DNA of 64,000 nt, from contig CAWFIG010000022.1 in assembly GCA_963815695.1 (NCBI GenBank), positions 96,648 through 160,647 on the forward strand. Reading direction: 5' to 3'. How positions within the stretch are numbered: position 1 is the stretch's first letter; each line of letters begins with the position of its first letter. This DNA is from an uncultured Planctomycetia bacterium. Its GTDB lineage: Bacteria; Planctomycetota; Planctomycetia; Pirellulales; Thermoguttaceae. Made by a program: the position numbers and the translations under genes. Of the stretch, positions 20,825 through 30,936 are shown piece by piece. The notes under the pieces were generated by a model. That model worked only from the letters and a program-made list of their open reading frames with translations. It searched no databases and was not told where the DNA came from.

Positions 20825-21994
20825 TTGATGTTGCACCAAAAAAGAAGAGGGTTGGCCGTGAAGGCAACGGTCTGGTTTCGCCGATTGCCCTGGTCGATTG
20901 TTGCCGCCACGCTTCTGCTGGTTGGGCTGGGATGGATTGGCATCGCGCGGGTCGAGGAGCTTACCGACGGCAGCGGACGCTTTCTCCACCAGCAGATGGC
21001 CTACTCGGCAATCGCCCTGGTTGTGATGTTGCTGGCCACCGCGTTCAACTATCGCATCCTGGAGCGCTTCAGTTACGCTTTGTTTCTCGTCTCCGTCGCG
21101 CTGCTGGCAGCCGTATACGCCTTCGCGGCGAAGAATGGCGCACATCGCTGGATCCACTTCGGGTCGCTTGGATTCCAGCCGTCAGACTTGGCCAAGCTGG
21201 CGTTCGTGCTGGCGCTGGCAAGATACTTGATGTATCGCGACAACTACCGCCGGCTGCGGGGGCTGGTGGCGCCGCTGGTCTTGACGCTGCTGCCGGTGTT
21301 GCTGATTCTGAAGGAGCCCGATCTGGGCACGTCCTTGGTGCTCCTGCCGGTGCTTTTCGTGATGCTCTTCGCCGCCGGGGCCAAGCGGAGCGATCTGGCC
21401 TGCTTGGCGCTTTTGGGCGTGCTCGTGCTGCCGGTGCTGTGGACGCAAATGAGCCTCGAACAGAAATCGCGCATCACGGCACTGTTCGATCAGCCGCCGC
21501 CCGGCCGCCGGCCCAGCGACGACGCCTATCAGTTGCATCAGGCCAAGCGGATGCGGGCGCTGGGCGGCGTTTGGGGGAGCCTGATCGCGGGTCAGCCCAC
21601 CGAGGATCGCGCCGCATATCGACTTGCCCGAGGCCCGCAGCGATTTCATCTTCTGCGTGCTGGGCGAGCGGTTGGGCTGCCGGGCATGGCGCTGACGTTG
21701 TGCTTGTTTGCACTGATCGTGGGGCGAGGGCTGGGCATCGCCGCGGAGACCCGCGAGCCATTCGGGCGGCTGATGGCCGTCGGCGTGGCGGCACTGTTCG
21801 CCGTCGAGGTCGTCATCAACACCGGCATGAACGTCGGGCTGCTGCCCGTCACCGGCTTGTCGCTGCCGCTGGTCAGCTACGGCGGCTCCGGCCTGCTGGC
21901 CCACGCGGCGGCGCTCGGGCTGCTGCTGAACGTCGCTCTTCGCCCCGGTTATGAAGTGGCGAACGAGCCGTTTCGATGGAGCGGCGCGGGATAA
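20825..21994 (+). CDS. FtsW/RodA/SpoVE (SEDS) family peptidoglycan polymerase, with a compensated double frameshift
   Basis: 389-aa ORF with about 10 TM segments; SLGFQPSDLAKLAFVLALARYL and LPLVSYGGSGLL. At 21600-21690 the conserved PEARSDFIFCVLGERLG is readable only in another frame. Confidence 0.85.
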   Translation: MMLHQKRRGLAVKATVWFRRLPWSIVAATLLLVGLGWIGIARVEELTDGSGRFLHQQMAYSAIALVVMLLATAFNYRILERFSYALFLVSVALLAAVYAFAAKNGAHRWIHFGSLGFQPSDLAKLAFVLALARYLMYRDNYRRLRGLVAPLVLTLLPVLLILKEPDLGTSLVLLPVLFVMLFAAGAKRSDLACLALLGVLVLPVLWTQMSLEQKSRITALFDQPPPGRRPSDDAYQLHQAKRMRALGGVWGSLIAGQPTEDRAAYRLARGPQRFHLLRAGRAVGLPGMALTLCLFALIVGRGLGIAAETREPFGRLMAVGVAALFAVEVVINTGMNVGLLPVTGLSLPLVSYGGSGLLAHAAALGLLLNVALRPGYEVANEPFRWSGAG

Positions 21995-22002
21995 GCCCTG
22001 AA

Positions 22003-22058
22003 CCGTTTAGCCGCCGCGTCCACGCGGCGATCCCCGCGCGGACGCGGGGGCTAAACGG
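22003..22058. terminator. hairpin between convergent genes (19-nt arms, one mismatch)
   Basis: ccgtttagccgccgcgtcc (22003-22021) pairs with ggacgcgggggctaaacgg (22040-22058). Lies between the SEDS stop (21994) and the pcm stop (22078). Confidence 0.5.
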
Positions 22059-22077
22059 AGGGCAACGGTTGCTGCTT

Positions 22078-23337
22078 CTACTCCTTCACCGCGCTCATCT
22101 TGATGTCGTCGAACGAGACCTCGCCCACGCCGCCCAGCAAACCGATGCACATGATGCGCCTCGCGGGCTCTTAGCGGAACGTTGATCGACCGCGTTTCGG
22201 ACTGCCAATCGAACGTGCCGCGCCACGATCCGGCGACGGCCTCGCCGATCGGAACGCGGCTTTCATCGTAAAAATTGACGACGATGGCGGCCAATTGCTT
22301 GGCGCGCTGGCCCGGCCGGATGTCGTGGCCGCGGACTCGCGCCGAAATCCGCAACTGCACGACCTTGCGCCCGTCGACGGCAAACCCTTGCAGCGCCTGG
22401 CTGCCGCGGCCGGGCGTGGAGTTCTTGAACGTAATGTAATACTTCCCCTCCGGGGCGTCTCTTGTCCTTGACCAGCTCGAGCTGCCGCTGGTAGTGCCAG
22501 CCGGTGGGAGCCGGTGGCTCGCCGGCGACGCTCTCGAAGCCGCCGTTTTCGATCGTCGGGTGGGCGGGATCGGGCTGGACCTTGCGTTGCTGCTTCGGCC
22601 TTGCCGGTCATCGGCACGAACAGCGTCGGCTGCAACGACTTCCGCCACCAGCTTGCCCTTGCTTTTCTTCAGCAGGTAGAGCGTTTGCTGGTATCGCTCG
22701 CCGCAGGGAATCACCATCCGGCCGCCTTCCTTGAGTTGCTCGACCAAGGCCGGGGGCACGTTTTCGGGCGAGCAGGTGACGATGATCTTGTCGAACGGCG
22801 GCATGTTCGGGCCAGCCCTGGTAGCCGTCGCCGATCTTCACGTGGACGTTGTCGTAGTGCAGCCGTCCTAGCGTCTTTTCGGCCTTGCGGCCCAGCGCGG
22901 GGACGATCTCGATCGTGTAGACGTCGTGGACCAGCTTGGAGAGCACGGCCGCCTGATAGCCGCTGCCGGTGCCGATCTCCAGCACCTTGTCGCCCGGCTG
23001 CGGATCGATGGCCTCGGTCATGTAGGCCACGACGAACGGCGGCGAGATGGTCTGGCCTTCGCCGATGGGCAGCGCCATGTCGTAGTAGGCGTATTCTTCG
23101 CTGTCCGAGCGGGATGAACTCGTGCCGCGGCGTGTCGCGCATCGCCTCGATCACCCGCGGGTTCTTCACCCCGGCGGCGACGATCTCCTCATCGACCATC
23201 TTGTTCCGGGCGGCGTCGAAAGCGGTGCGGCCCTGGGCTATTGCACGGGGCGATGCCAGCACCAGAGCACAGGAGACAGAATCGCCAGTGGGGTTCGTGA
23301 CATGTGCATATGTCACATTCCTCCAAGGGAGAACCAT
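22078..23337 (-). CDS. pcm: protein-L-isoaspartate O-methyltransferase fused to a ~190-aa C-terminal domain, multiple apparent frameshifts
   Basis: Stitched from 22711..23337 ([20 protein letters not shown]), 22608..23078 ([45 protein letters not shown]) and 22007..22804 ([31 protein letters not shown]). Extension: ENGGFES...[26 protein letters not shown]...[12 protein letters not shown]-stop. Confidence 0.75.
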
Positions 23338-23503
23338 CGCCGCGTTCAGCGTGTAGCAACGTCTCCTATATTATAGTCGCCAATCCACCGCCCCCCAAGT
23401 CCGCGGCCCTGTTTTTCTGCGGCGGCATCTGCGATAATCGCGTTGCCGTGAAAAGACGTTAGCGGAAAGTGGCGGTTGTAGCAAGCATCTGCGGCCGAGG
23501 ATT

Positions 23504-25300
23504 ATGCTGAATCAGGCGTTGAAGGACCTCATTGTCGATCATCTGCTGCCGGATGTGCAGACGCCGGCCCAATACATCGGCGGCGAGTGGAACGCCGTGG
23601 TCAAGGACCATCGCTCGCGTGCGCGGCACGCTCTGCCTCGCCTTTCCCGACGCCTACTCGATCGGCATGAGCCACCACGGCCTTCAGGTGCTGTACGACC
23701 TGATGAACCGCCGCGACGACTGGGCCTGCGAGCGGGCGTTCACGCCGCTGGGCGACATGGAGAAAATGCTCCGCGAGCACGAAGCCTGCCGCTCTAGAGC
23801 CTCGAAACGTTCACGCCGCTCCACGAGTTCGACGTGCTCGGCTTCACGCTGCAATACGACCTCTGCTACAGCAACGTCCTGACGATGCTCGATCTCGGCG
23901 GGATTCCGCTTCTGGCCGAACGAGCGCACGATGGAGCATCCGCTGGTGATCGCCGGCGGCCCGTGCGCGGTCAATCCCGAGCCGATGGCGCGGTTCATCG
24001 ACCTGTTCGTCATCGGCGACGGCGAAGAGACGCTGCCGGCGGTGTGCGATCTGTGGCTGGAGCTGAAGCAATCGGGCGGCGAACGGGAATCGTCGCTGGC
24101 CGAGATGGCCGCACGGCTGCCATACGTTTACGTGCCGCGATTCTATCGGCTGGAAGAACACGGCGACGATCGGCCGTCGTCGGTCGTGCCGATTCGCGGC
24201 GACGTGCCCACGCACGATCGAGCCGGCGGTGGTCGCCGATCTCGATGCCTTTCCGCCGCCTCGCGAGCCGGTCGTGCCTTACGTCGAATGCGTGCAAGAT
24301 CGCATCGCCATCGAGATCATGCGCGGCTGTCCCGGCAAGATGCCGCTTCTGCCAAAGCACGACGATCAAGCGGCCGCTGCGGTTCCGCAAGGTCGAGACG
24401 ATCGTTCAGGCGGCCCTCGATCAGTACCACAACACCGGCTACAACGAAATTTCGCTGCTGTCGCTCTCCACCAGCGACTATCCGCACTTCGACGAGTTGA
24501 TGCGGCGGCTGCAAGAGACCTTTCGCCCGCTGGGCGTCGCCATCTCGCTGCCGAGCCTGCGGATCAACGAGCAGTTGCTGATGGTCGGCGATTTGATGAA
24601 CACCGACCGCCATTCCGGCCTCACGCTGGCCCCCGAGGCCGCGCGCGACGACATGCGGCGGCGGATCGGCAAGCCGATCACCAACGAAGACCTCTACGCC
24701 GGTTGCCGCCGCGCGTTCGAGAACGGTTTTTCGCGGGTGAAGCTCTATTTCATGTGCGGCCTGCCCGGCGAAGCGGAGGCCGATCTGGCGGGCATCATCG
24801 AGATGTCGGAGACGATCGCGCGGCTCGGCCAGGAGATACGCGGCCGAGCCGGTGACGGTCGTGGCCAACGTGTCGAACTTCGTGCCGAAGCCGCAGACGC
24901 CGTTCCAGTGGAACCCGATGCAGCGCCGCGAGTATTTCCGCAGTGCCCACGAGTTTCTGCACCGCCGAAAGCGGCTGCGGAGCGTGCAACTGAAGTGCCA
25001 CGACGTCGAGACGAGCCTGCTGGAGGGCGTAATGTGCCGCGGCGACCGCCGGCTCGGCGCGGCGATCGAGCTGGCATGGCGCGCGGCGCCCGCTTCGACG
25101 GCTGGGCCGAGCAGCTCCGCCCCGAGCTATGGTGGCAGGCGTTGGCCGACGCCGGCATCGACGTGGAAAAGACGCTGCACCTCCCCTGCCCCGCCGACGC
25201 CGCCCTGCCCTGGGACCATATCGGCATTCGGCAAGGACGAGGGTACTTGGAGCGAGAGTGCTGCCTCGCGACGGAGCAGTCGGCAAGACAGAAAGATTGA
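23504..25300 (+). CDS. TIGR03960-type B12-binding-domain radical SAM protein, multiple apparent frameshifts
   Basis: MLNQALKDLIVDHLLPDVQTPAQYIGGEWN; AFPDAYSIGMSHHGLQVLY; PLVIAGGPCAVNPEPMARFIDLFVIGDGEE. The radical SAM cluster RGCPG.CRFCQSTTIKRPLR is split between frames at 24322-24390. Confidence 0.8.
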
Positions 25301-25331
25301 CGACAGTGTCTTATGTCGTACAATGTAATAC

Positions 25332-25553
25332 ATGAAGACCACAACCCTTACCATCCGACTGACCGATGACCTGAACCAGCTCCTGACGAAGGCGGCCAAG
25401 CAATCGGGCAAGAATCGCAGCGAAATCGCCAGGGAGGCGCTGCGGCGGCAATTGCGCATCAGCCAGTTTGAGTCATTGCGGCGGCGAATGATGCCCTTTG
25501 CCGAAGCCCGCGGATATCTGACCGACGAAGACGTGTTCCGCGACGTCTCATGA
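25332..25553 (+). CDS. ribbon-helix-helix (CopG-family) antitoxin
   Basis: Intact 73-aa ORF: MKTTTLTIRLTDDLNQLLTKAAKQSGKNRSEIAREALRRQL. Overlaps the following PIN gene by 4 nt (ATGA). Confidence 0.7.
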   Translation: MKTTTLTIRLTDDLNQLLTKAAKQSGKNRSEIAREALRRQLRISQFESLRRRMMPFAEARGYLTDEDVFRDVS

Positions 25554-25948
25554 AGGCCTTGCTCGATACCAATGTCTTGGCCAGCGCCGTCGTCGCTCGG
25601 GGTCTCTGCGGCGATGTCTTGCGGGAAGTGCTTGCAGAACACGAATTGGTCGTGTGCCCCCAGATTCTCAGCGAGCTTCAGCGCATCCTCCGCGCCAAGT
25701 TCGGAATGCCCGATAGGCTGATCGAGACCTTCGTCGAGTTCCTTCGGCAGGATACGATTCGCGTCCAGCCCGCCGAGCTTCCAAGAGTCAAACTGAAAGA
25801 CAAGGACGATCTCGGAATTCTGGCCGCCAAGAGCGGAGGTGCGAGTGTCATTGTCACCGGCGACAAGGAATTGCAAAATCTTGGACAGTTTTCCAGCGTT
25901 AGGATTCTGTCGCCCAGACAATTCTGGGATGAGTTGACCACCCGATGA
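25550..25948 (+). CDS. PIN-domain toxin
   Basis: Intact 132-aa ORF: MKALLDTNVL..., ...DKDDLGILAAK..., VIVTGDKEL (the acidic residues typical of PIN). Confidence 0.8.
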   Translation: MKALLDTNVLASAVVARGLCGDVLREVLAEHELVVCPQILSELQRILRAKFGMPDRLIETFVEFLRQDTIRVQPAELPRVKLKDKDDLGILAAKSGGASVIVTGDKELQNLGQFSSVRILSPRQFWDELTTR

Positions 25949-26075
25949 TCGCCGGCCCGCCACCTGCGCGAACGGACGTCGCCTTTGTCCTTGCGGACAG
26001 CCGCGCGGCCGTTTAAGCTGAAAACAACGGCGTTGAATCGTGGCGTACCGACTACCTGCAAAAAGGAAGAATCGC

Positions 26076-26381
26076 ATGGGCTGGGGGAGATATTTCCTGC
26101 TGGGCGATCTTGGACAACAACTCGACCTGTCGGACCAGAAGGCCGAGATCGATCGACTGAGACAAGAAATGTTGCGCAGTCGCTCGGCCGGCGGCGGCTC
26201 GGCGGAGGCATTTAGAAGGCTTCAGGCGGAAAATGATGAACTACGGCTGTACCTGGCCGCCGTGATTCGCATTCTCGTCTCGAAGCGCGTCGTCACCCAG
26301 GCCGAGATGCGACAAATCGTCGATGCGATCGACGCCGAGGACGGCACGGTGGACGGTAAGTTCAGTGGAGATCTTCGCTAG
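26076..26381 (+). CDS. hypothetical coiled-coil protein
   Basis: ATG at 26076 preceded by aaggaag. MGWGRYFLLGDLGQQLDLSDQKAEIDRLRQEM... No family recognised. Confidence 0.4.
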   Translation: MGWGRYFLLGDLGQQLDLSDQKAEIDRLRQEMLRSRSAGGGSAEAFRRLQAENDELRLYLAAVIRILVSKRVVTQAEMRQIVDAIDAEDGTVDGKFSGDLR

Positions 26382-26459
26382 CGGAGACGCTACCGCGGGA
26401 CGTTGGCCCCCGGCTATTCTTCAATCAACAATCTGTAATCAACAATCTATCCTCCTGCC

Positions 26460-27300
26460 TTGTACCGCCTTCTTGCCATCGACATCGACGGAACGCTGGT
26501 CAACAGCCGCGACGAACTGACGCCGGCCACGCGGGCGGCGCTTGCGCGGGCGGGCGAGGCAGGCGTCCACGTTGTGCTGGCCACGGGACGCCGCTATAGC
26601 CACGCCCTGCCGTTGGTCGAGCAGTTGGAGATCGACGTGCCGCTGGTCACCGCCAGCGGGGCGCTGGTAAAGGACCCGATCGACCATCGCACGCTGTACC
26701 AGGCCCGGTTCGAGCCGCAGGTGCTGCGCGAGGTGGTGGCGATCGTTGATCGGGCGGGGTTCGATCCGGTGCTCTGCGGCGATACGTTTGCCGATGGGTT
26801 CGACTTCTACCATGCCCGCGACGAATCGCCTCGCACGCCGGAATGGGCGTACTACTTGGCGATGAACCCGCAGCCGCAGCCGGCTCTGGCCGGAGTTGGT
26901 CACCGATCCGCCGCCGGGGGTTTTCGGCGGTTTCGTCGTCGGCACGCTGGAGCAGATGCAGGATCTCGAAGGGCTGCTGCGGCGAACGATGCCGGGCAAG
27001 CTGCACACGCACGTGCTGCATCCGCCCGCGCTACAAAGGCTTCTTCATCGAGATTTCGCCGGCCGGCGTGACGAAATGGTCGGCCGATTCGGCGATTGGC
27101 CGCGGAGTGGGGAATCGCCGAGTCGGAGATTTGCGCCGTCGGCGACGACGTGAACGACATCCCGATGATTCGCGCCGCCGGACTGGGCGTGGCGATGGGC
27201 AATGCCCAGCCCGCGGTCAAGCAAGGCCGCCGACCGCATCGCCCCGACGCACGACCAAGACGGGCTGGTGCAAGTGGTCGAGTGGGTGATGGAGGGATGA
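26460..27300 (+). CDS. Cof-type HAD-IIB hydrolase, multiple apparent frameshifts
   Basis: TTG start. YRLLAIDIDGTLVNSRDELTPATRAALARAGEAGVHVVLATGRRY. Later frames give GVTKWSA, ICAVGDDVNDIPMIRAAGLGVAMGNAQPAVKQ and QDGLVQVVEWVMEG-stop. Confidence 0.75.
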
Positions 27301-27347
27301 GGATGAAGATCGCGAGGACGCTGTGCAACACCCTCGCCACTAGCGCG

Positions 27348-27678
27348 CTATTTCACCCCTGCTCCGCATTCGCACTCTCGGTCGGGCCGCAGCAGCACGA
27401 TGCCGGCCGCAGTCGCTGGCGGCCAGCAACATGCCGTGCGACTCCTCGCCGCGGAGCATGGCCTCTTGGAGATTGTTGACCACGATGATCTGCCGGCCGA
27501 CGAGTTGCTCGGGCGTGTAGTGGCCGCGGATGCCCGCCACGATCTGCTTTTCTTCCTCGCCGACCTTGATCTGCAGCAGCATCAGCTTGTCGGCGTTCGG
27601 GTGTTCGCGGGCCGCCAGCACGTCGGCAACGCGCAATTCGATCTTGGAAAAATCGTCGTAGGTGATTTCGGGTTTCAT
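27348..27678 (-). CDS. tRNA-binding (CsaA/EMAP-like OB-fold) protein, one apparent frameshift near 27405
   Basis: ORF 27340..27678: MKPEITYDDFSKIELRVADVLAAREHPNADKLMLLQIKVGEEEKQIVAGI...VVNNLQEAMLRGEESHGMLLAA. Restored tail GIVLLRPDRE...GAGVK-stop. Confidence 0.75.
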
Positions 27679-27783
27679 GGGGAGGCGATAGTAGGTAGTG
27701 GGTCAGTGGATCAGACGCCGCTTGCGGTTTCGCAGTGCTGATCGTATGCCGCCGAGCCGATTTCTGTCAAAGGGGGGGCCTGA

Positions 27784-30368
27784 TTGCTGGAAACCGTCGC
27801 TTGGGATATGCTGAAACGATCGGCCAAACTCGCGTTTCATTCCGCGATTTTCTGGGCTTCTTTGTGCTCGTTGTGGATCGCCTGCGAATCGGCTTGTATC
27901 TCTGTTGATTGTGTCGGCCGTGCGGCTTGGCGGCCTTCGGCCGACGAGGCCGCCAGGCCGCAGGCGCGGAAGCTGCTGCTGCGCGGCAAGTACGCCGAGG
28001 CGGCCGATCTCTATTCGCCGCTGGCGGCGAAGAACGCGCGCGGCAGCCGTCGGGCTGGCCCGATGTCTGGCGGCGCAGGGCAAGGACGACGCGGCCGACA
28101 AGGTGCTGGCCGCCGTCGCCGGCCGCCATGCCGGCGTGCTGGCCGAGCGGGCCGCGATGGCCTTTGCTCGCGGGAAGTCCGAGGACGCGCGGAAAGTGGG
28201 CCGAACGCAGGCGATTCGGTCTCGACCGCGACCAGTTGCTGGCCCGATGGATCGTCGCCGAATTGGACCGAACGGCCGGCCGGCTCGACGAGGCCGAGCG
28301 CGGCTACCACTGGCTGGTCGAACTACTACAACGACCACGACGAGATGTCGGCCGAGTCGCTCCGCTGGATCGGGTTGGGGGCGGCGCAATGGGCGCGGTG
28401 GAATCGGCTGGCCGATCAGTTCCAGTTTCTCGTCCACGACTTGTATCCCGACGCTCTGAAGGACGATCCGGACTACTGGCCGGCCCATTACGAGGCCGGA
28501 ATGCTGTTCCTGGAGAAGCACAACCGCGCCGACGCGGCCCGCGAGTTTCAGGCGGCGCTGGAGATCAACCCGAACGCCGCGGAGGTCCATCTCGGCTTGG
28601 CACTGGCGTGGGTCGAACAACGGCGGATCGAAAAGGCCGAGGCGTCGTTGGCCCGGGCGCTGGAAATCAATCCGCGTCTGCTCGACGGCTGGCTGCTGAA
28701 GGCCGACCTGCTCTGGGCGAACTTTCAGGTGCCCGAGGCGCTGGCGCTGTTGCAGCAGAAGGCCCTGCCGCTTAATCCGATCTGCGAGGAGACGCTCGGC
28801 CGCGTGGCGGCGTGCTATCTGCTGTTGGACAAGAAGAGCGCGCAGATTTCACAAGCTTGTCGAGCAAGTGACGCAGCGGAATCCCCATGCCGGCGAGTTT
28901 TACTTCGCGCTGGCCGGTCCAATTGCAGAATCGCAACAAGCAAGCGGAGGCCGAAACGTACTTCCGCGAGGCGATTCGCGTCATGCCGCGGCAAATCGGT
29001 CCGCAGGCCGATCTCGGCTTGCTCTACATGGCCGCCGGGACGCGAGGAGGAGGCTCGCAGGGCGTTGCGCACGGCGTTCGCGGCCGATCCGTTCAACGTG
29101 CGGGTGAAGAACTCGCTGGAAGTGCTGGACGTGCTCGGTGCGATGCAGACGCTCGACTCCGGTGCGTTTTGCGATCAAGTACAGCGGCGAGTACGACAAG
29201 CTGCTGGCCCGCTATGCCGCCCGGCACGTGGCTCGAGTGCTGCCGAAACTGTGCCAGCGATTCGGCTATACGCCGCCCGGCAAGACGTTGATCGAGATCT
29301 TCAATCGTTGCGGGCGGGCTCGACGGCCATCAGTGGTTCAGCGCACGGATGGTGGGCCTGCCGTACATCGGCACGGTCGCCGCCAGCACCGGGTACATCG
29401 TGGCGATGGCTTCGCCCACCGATCCCGAGGCCGGCCATCGGATGAATTGGGCCCGAGTGCTGACGCATGAACTGGTCCACGTCGTCACGCTTCAGCAGAC
29501 GCGATTCAACTGTCCCCACTGGTACACCGAAGGGCTGGCGGTCTGGAGCGAAGGCGGCCGGCGGCCCGATGCGTGGAACGAGTCTGCTTCGCGAGCGAGC
29601 GGCCAACGAAAAAGCTGTTCACTCTCGATACGTTGAACTTCGGTTTCGTCGCGTCCGCAGTCGGGCGGCGATTGGCAACTGGCCTACTGCCAGGCGGAAT
29701 TGTATCGTCGAATACATGCTGGCAATGCAGCCGACAGCACTGCGGGAGAAAGCAGGCGGGACGCCCGCGCCACAAGCGGCGCACGGCGAGGAGGTCTTGC
29801 GGCAGATGCTGGCTGCCTATACCGACGGCCTGAGCACGCCCGACGGCGATTCGCCGCGTGTTCGGCGTGTCACAGGCGGAGTTCGAGCGCGGGTACCTGG
29901 CGTTTCTCAAGCGGGAGATGGCCAAGGGGCTGAAAGCGCCCGTGCGAAAGCTTCGCAAGGCTGCAAAAGAGCATCCCGCCGACGTTGCCGCGGCCGCCGC
30001 CCTGGCCGCCGCCGATCACGAAGACCTGGCCGTCCGAAAGAAGCTCGCGCAGATGGCCCTCGACCGCGAAGGACTATGCGGCTGCGGAAAGATGGGCAAC
30101 CGAGGGCATCGAAATCGACGTGATGGACGCCGACCTGCACCGGGTGCTGGCGGAATCGGCCGCGGCACGCCATAATTACACCAAGGCTGTCGAAGAGTAC
30201 GAAACGGCCGTCGAGCTAAAACCGGACGATCCCAAGACGCAACTGGCCCTGGCCAAGGCGCTGGTCGAGACCAAGCGGCCCGCCAAGGCCCGCGAAGTGC
30301 TGCGGCGGCTGTTGAAACAATCGCCCGACCACCCGGGCGCTAGGAGACTGTTGGAGAGCATTAGATAG
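27784..30368 (+). CDS. large TPR-repeat protein with an internal HExxH (peptidase-MA-like) segment, many apparent frameshifts
   Basis: TPR-like stretches (AREFQAALEINPNAAEVHLGLALAWVEQRRIEKAEASLARALEINPRLLDGWLLKADLL; C-terminal YTKAVEEYETAVELKPDDPKTQLALAKALVETKRPAKAREVLRRLLKQSPDHPGA). ORF 29349..29636 carries THELVHVVTLQQTRFNCPHWYTEGLAVW. Fragments share direction and abut one another. Confidence 0.55.
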
Positions 30369-30529
30369 TCGTAAGCATTTCGGTGAGAAATGGCTTCCGT
30401 GTCCGGTTCGGTAGGGAACGCCCTCCGTGGCGTTCCGTCCGCCGGAACGCCACGGAAGGCGTTCCCTACAAGTCTGATATCGGGAACCTGTTTCCGACCT
30501 TTCGTAAGCAAGATCGTCGAGGAGCCGCC

Positions 30530-30881
30530 GTGACCGATCCTAGCGTCCAGAAGACCGAGCCGACTGCCTCGCCGAGGGCATTGACCCTCACGGATTTCCA
30601 ACAATTGATCCGTAAGATGTATATCGAGAAGGACGTTGCCCGGGGCATCGACGGCACGTTCATGTGGCTGATCGAGGAGGTGGGCGAATTGGCCTCGGCA
30701 CTGCGAAACGGCACGCACGAGGAGCAGAGCCTCGAGTTCGCCGACGTGCTGGCCTGGCTGGCCACGATCGCCAACGTGGCGGGAGTCGATCTTGACCGAG
30801 GCGGTGATGCGGAAGTACGGCTCGGGCTGTCCCGGCTGCGGACGATTCGTTTGCACGTGTCCCGACGCGGGAAAACCATGA
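30530..30881 (+). CDS. MazG-like nucleotide pyrophosphohydrolase-domain protein, one apparent frameshift near 30795
   Basis: GTG at 30530 after ggag. LTLTDFQQLIRKMYIEKDVARGIDGTFMWLIEEVGELASALRNG...EFADVLAWLATIANVAGVDL. Restored tail VMRKYGSGCPGCGRFVCTCPDAGKP-stop. Confidence 0.7.
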
Positions 30882-30936
30882 TGAAGATTGGACGACTGCG
30901 GATTGCAGATTGCAGATTGCAGGGCGAAAAGCGGGA

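Noticed and set aside
20287-20943. 218-aa ORF overlapping the 5' end of the TIGR03000 gene and the upstream intergenic region
   Set aside because: It is out of frame with the clearly coding Cys/Gly-rich gene, has no recognisable motifs and spans a probable promoter region.
25183-25210. Additional G4/i-motif candidate in the radical SAM gene
   Set aside because: It lacks the exact 14-mer and has a 10-nt central loop. It lies on the antisense strand and is explained by ordinary Pro/Ala/Leu codons (LHLPCPADAALPWD).
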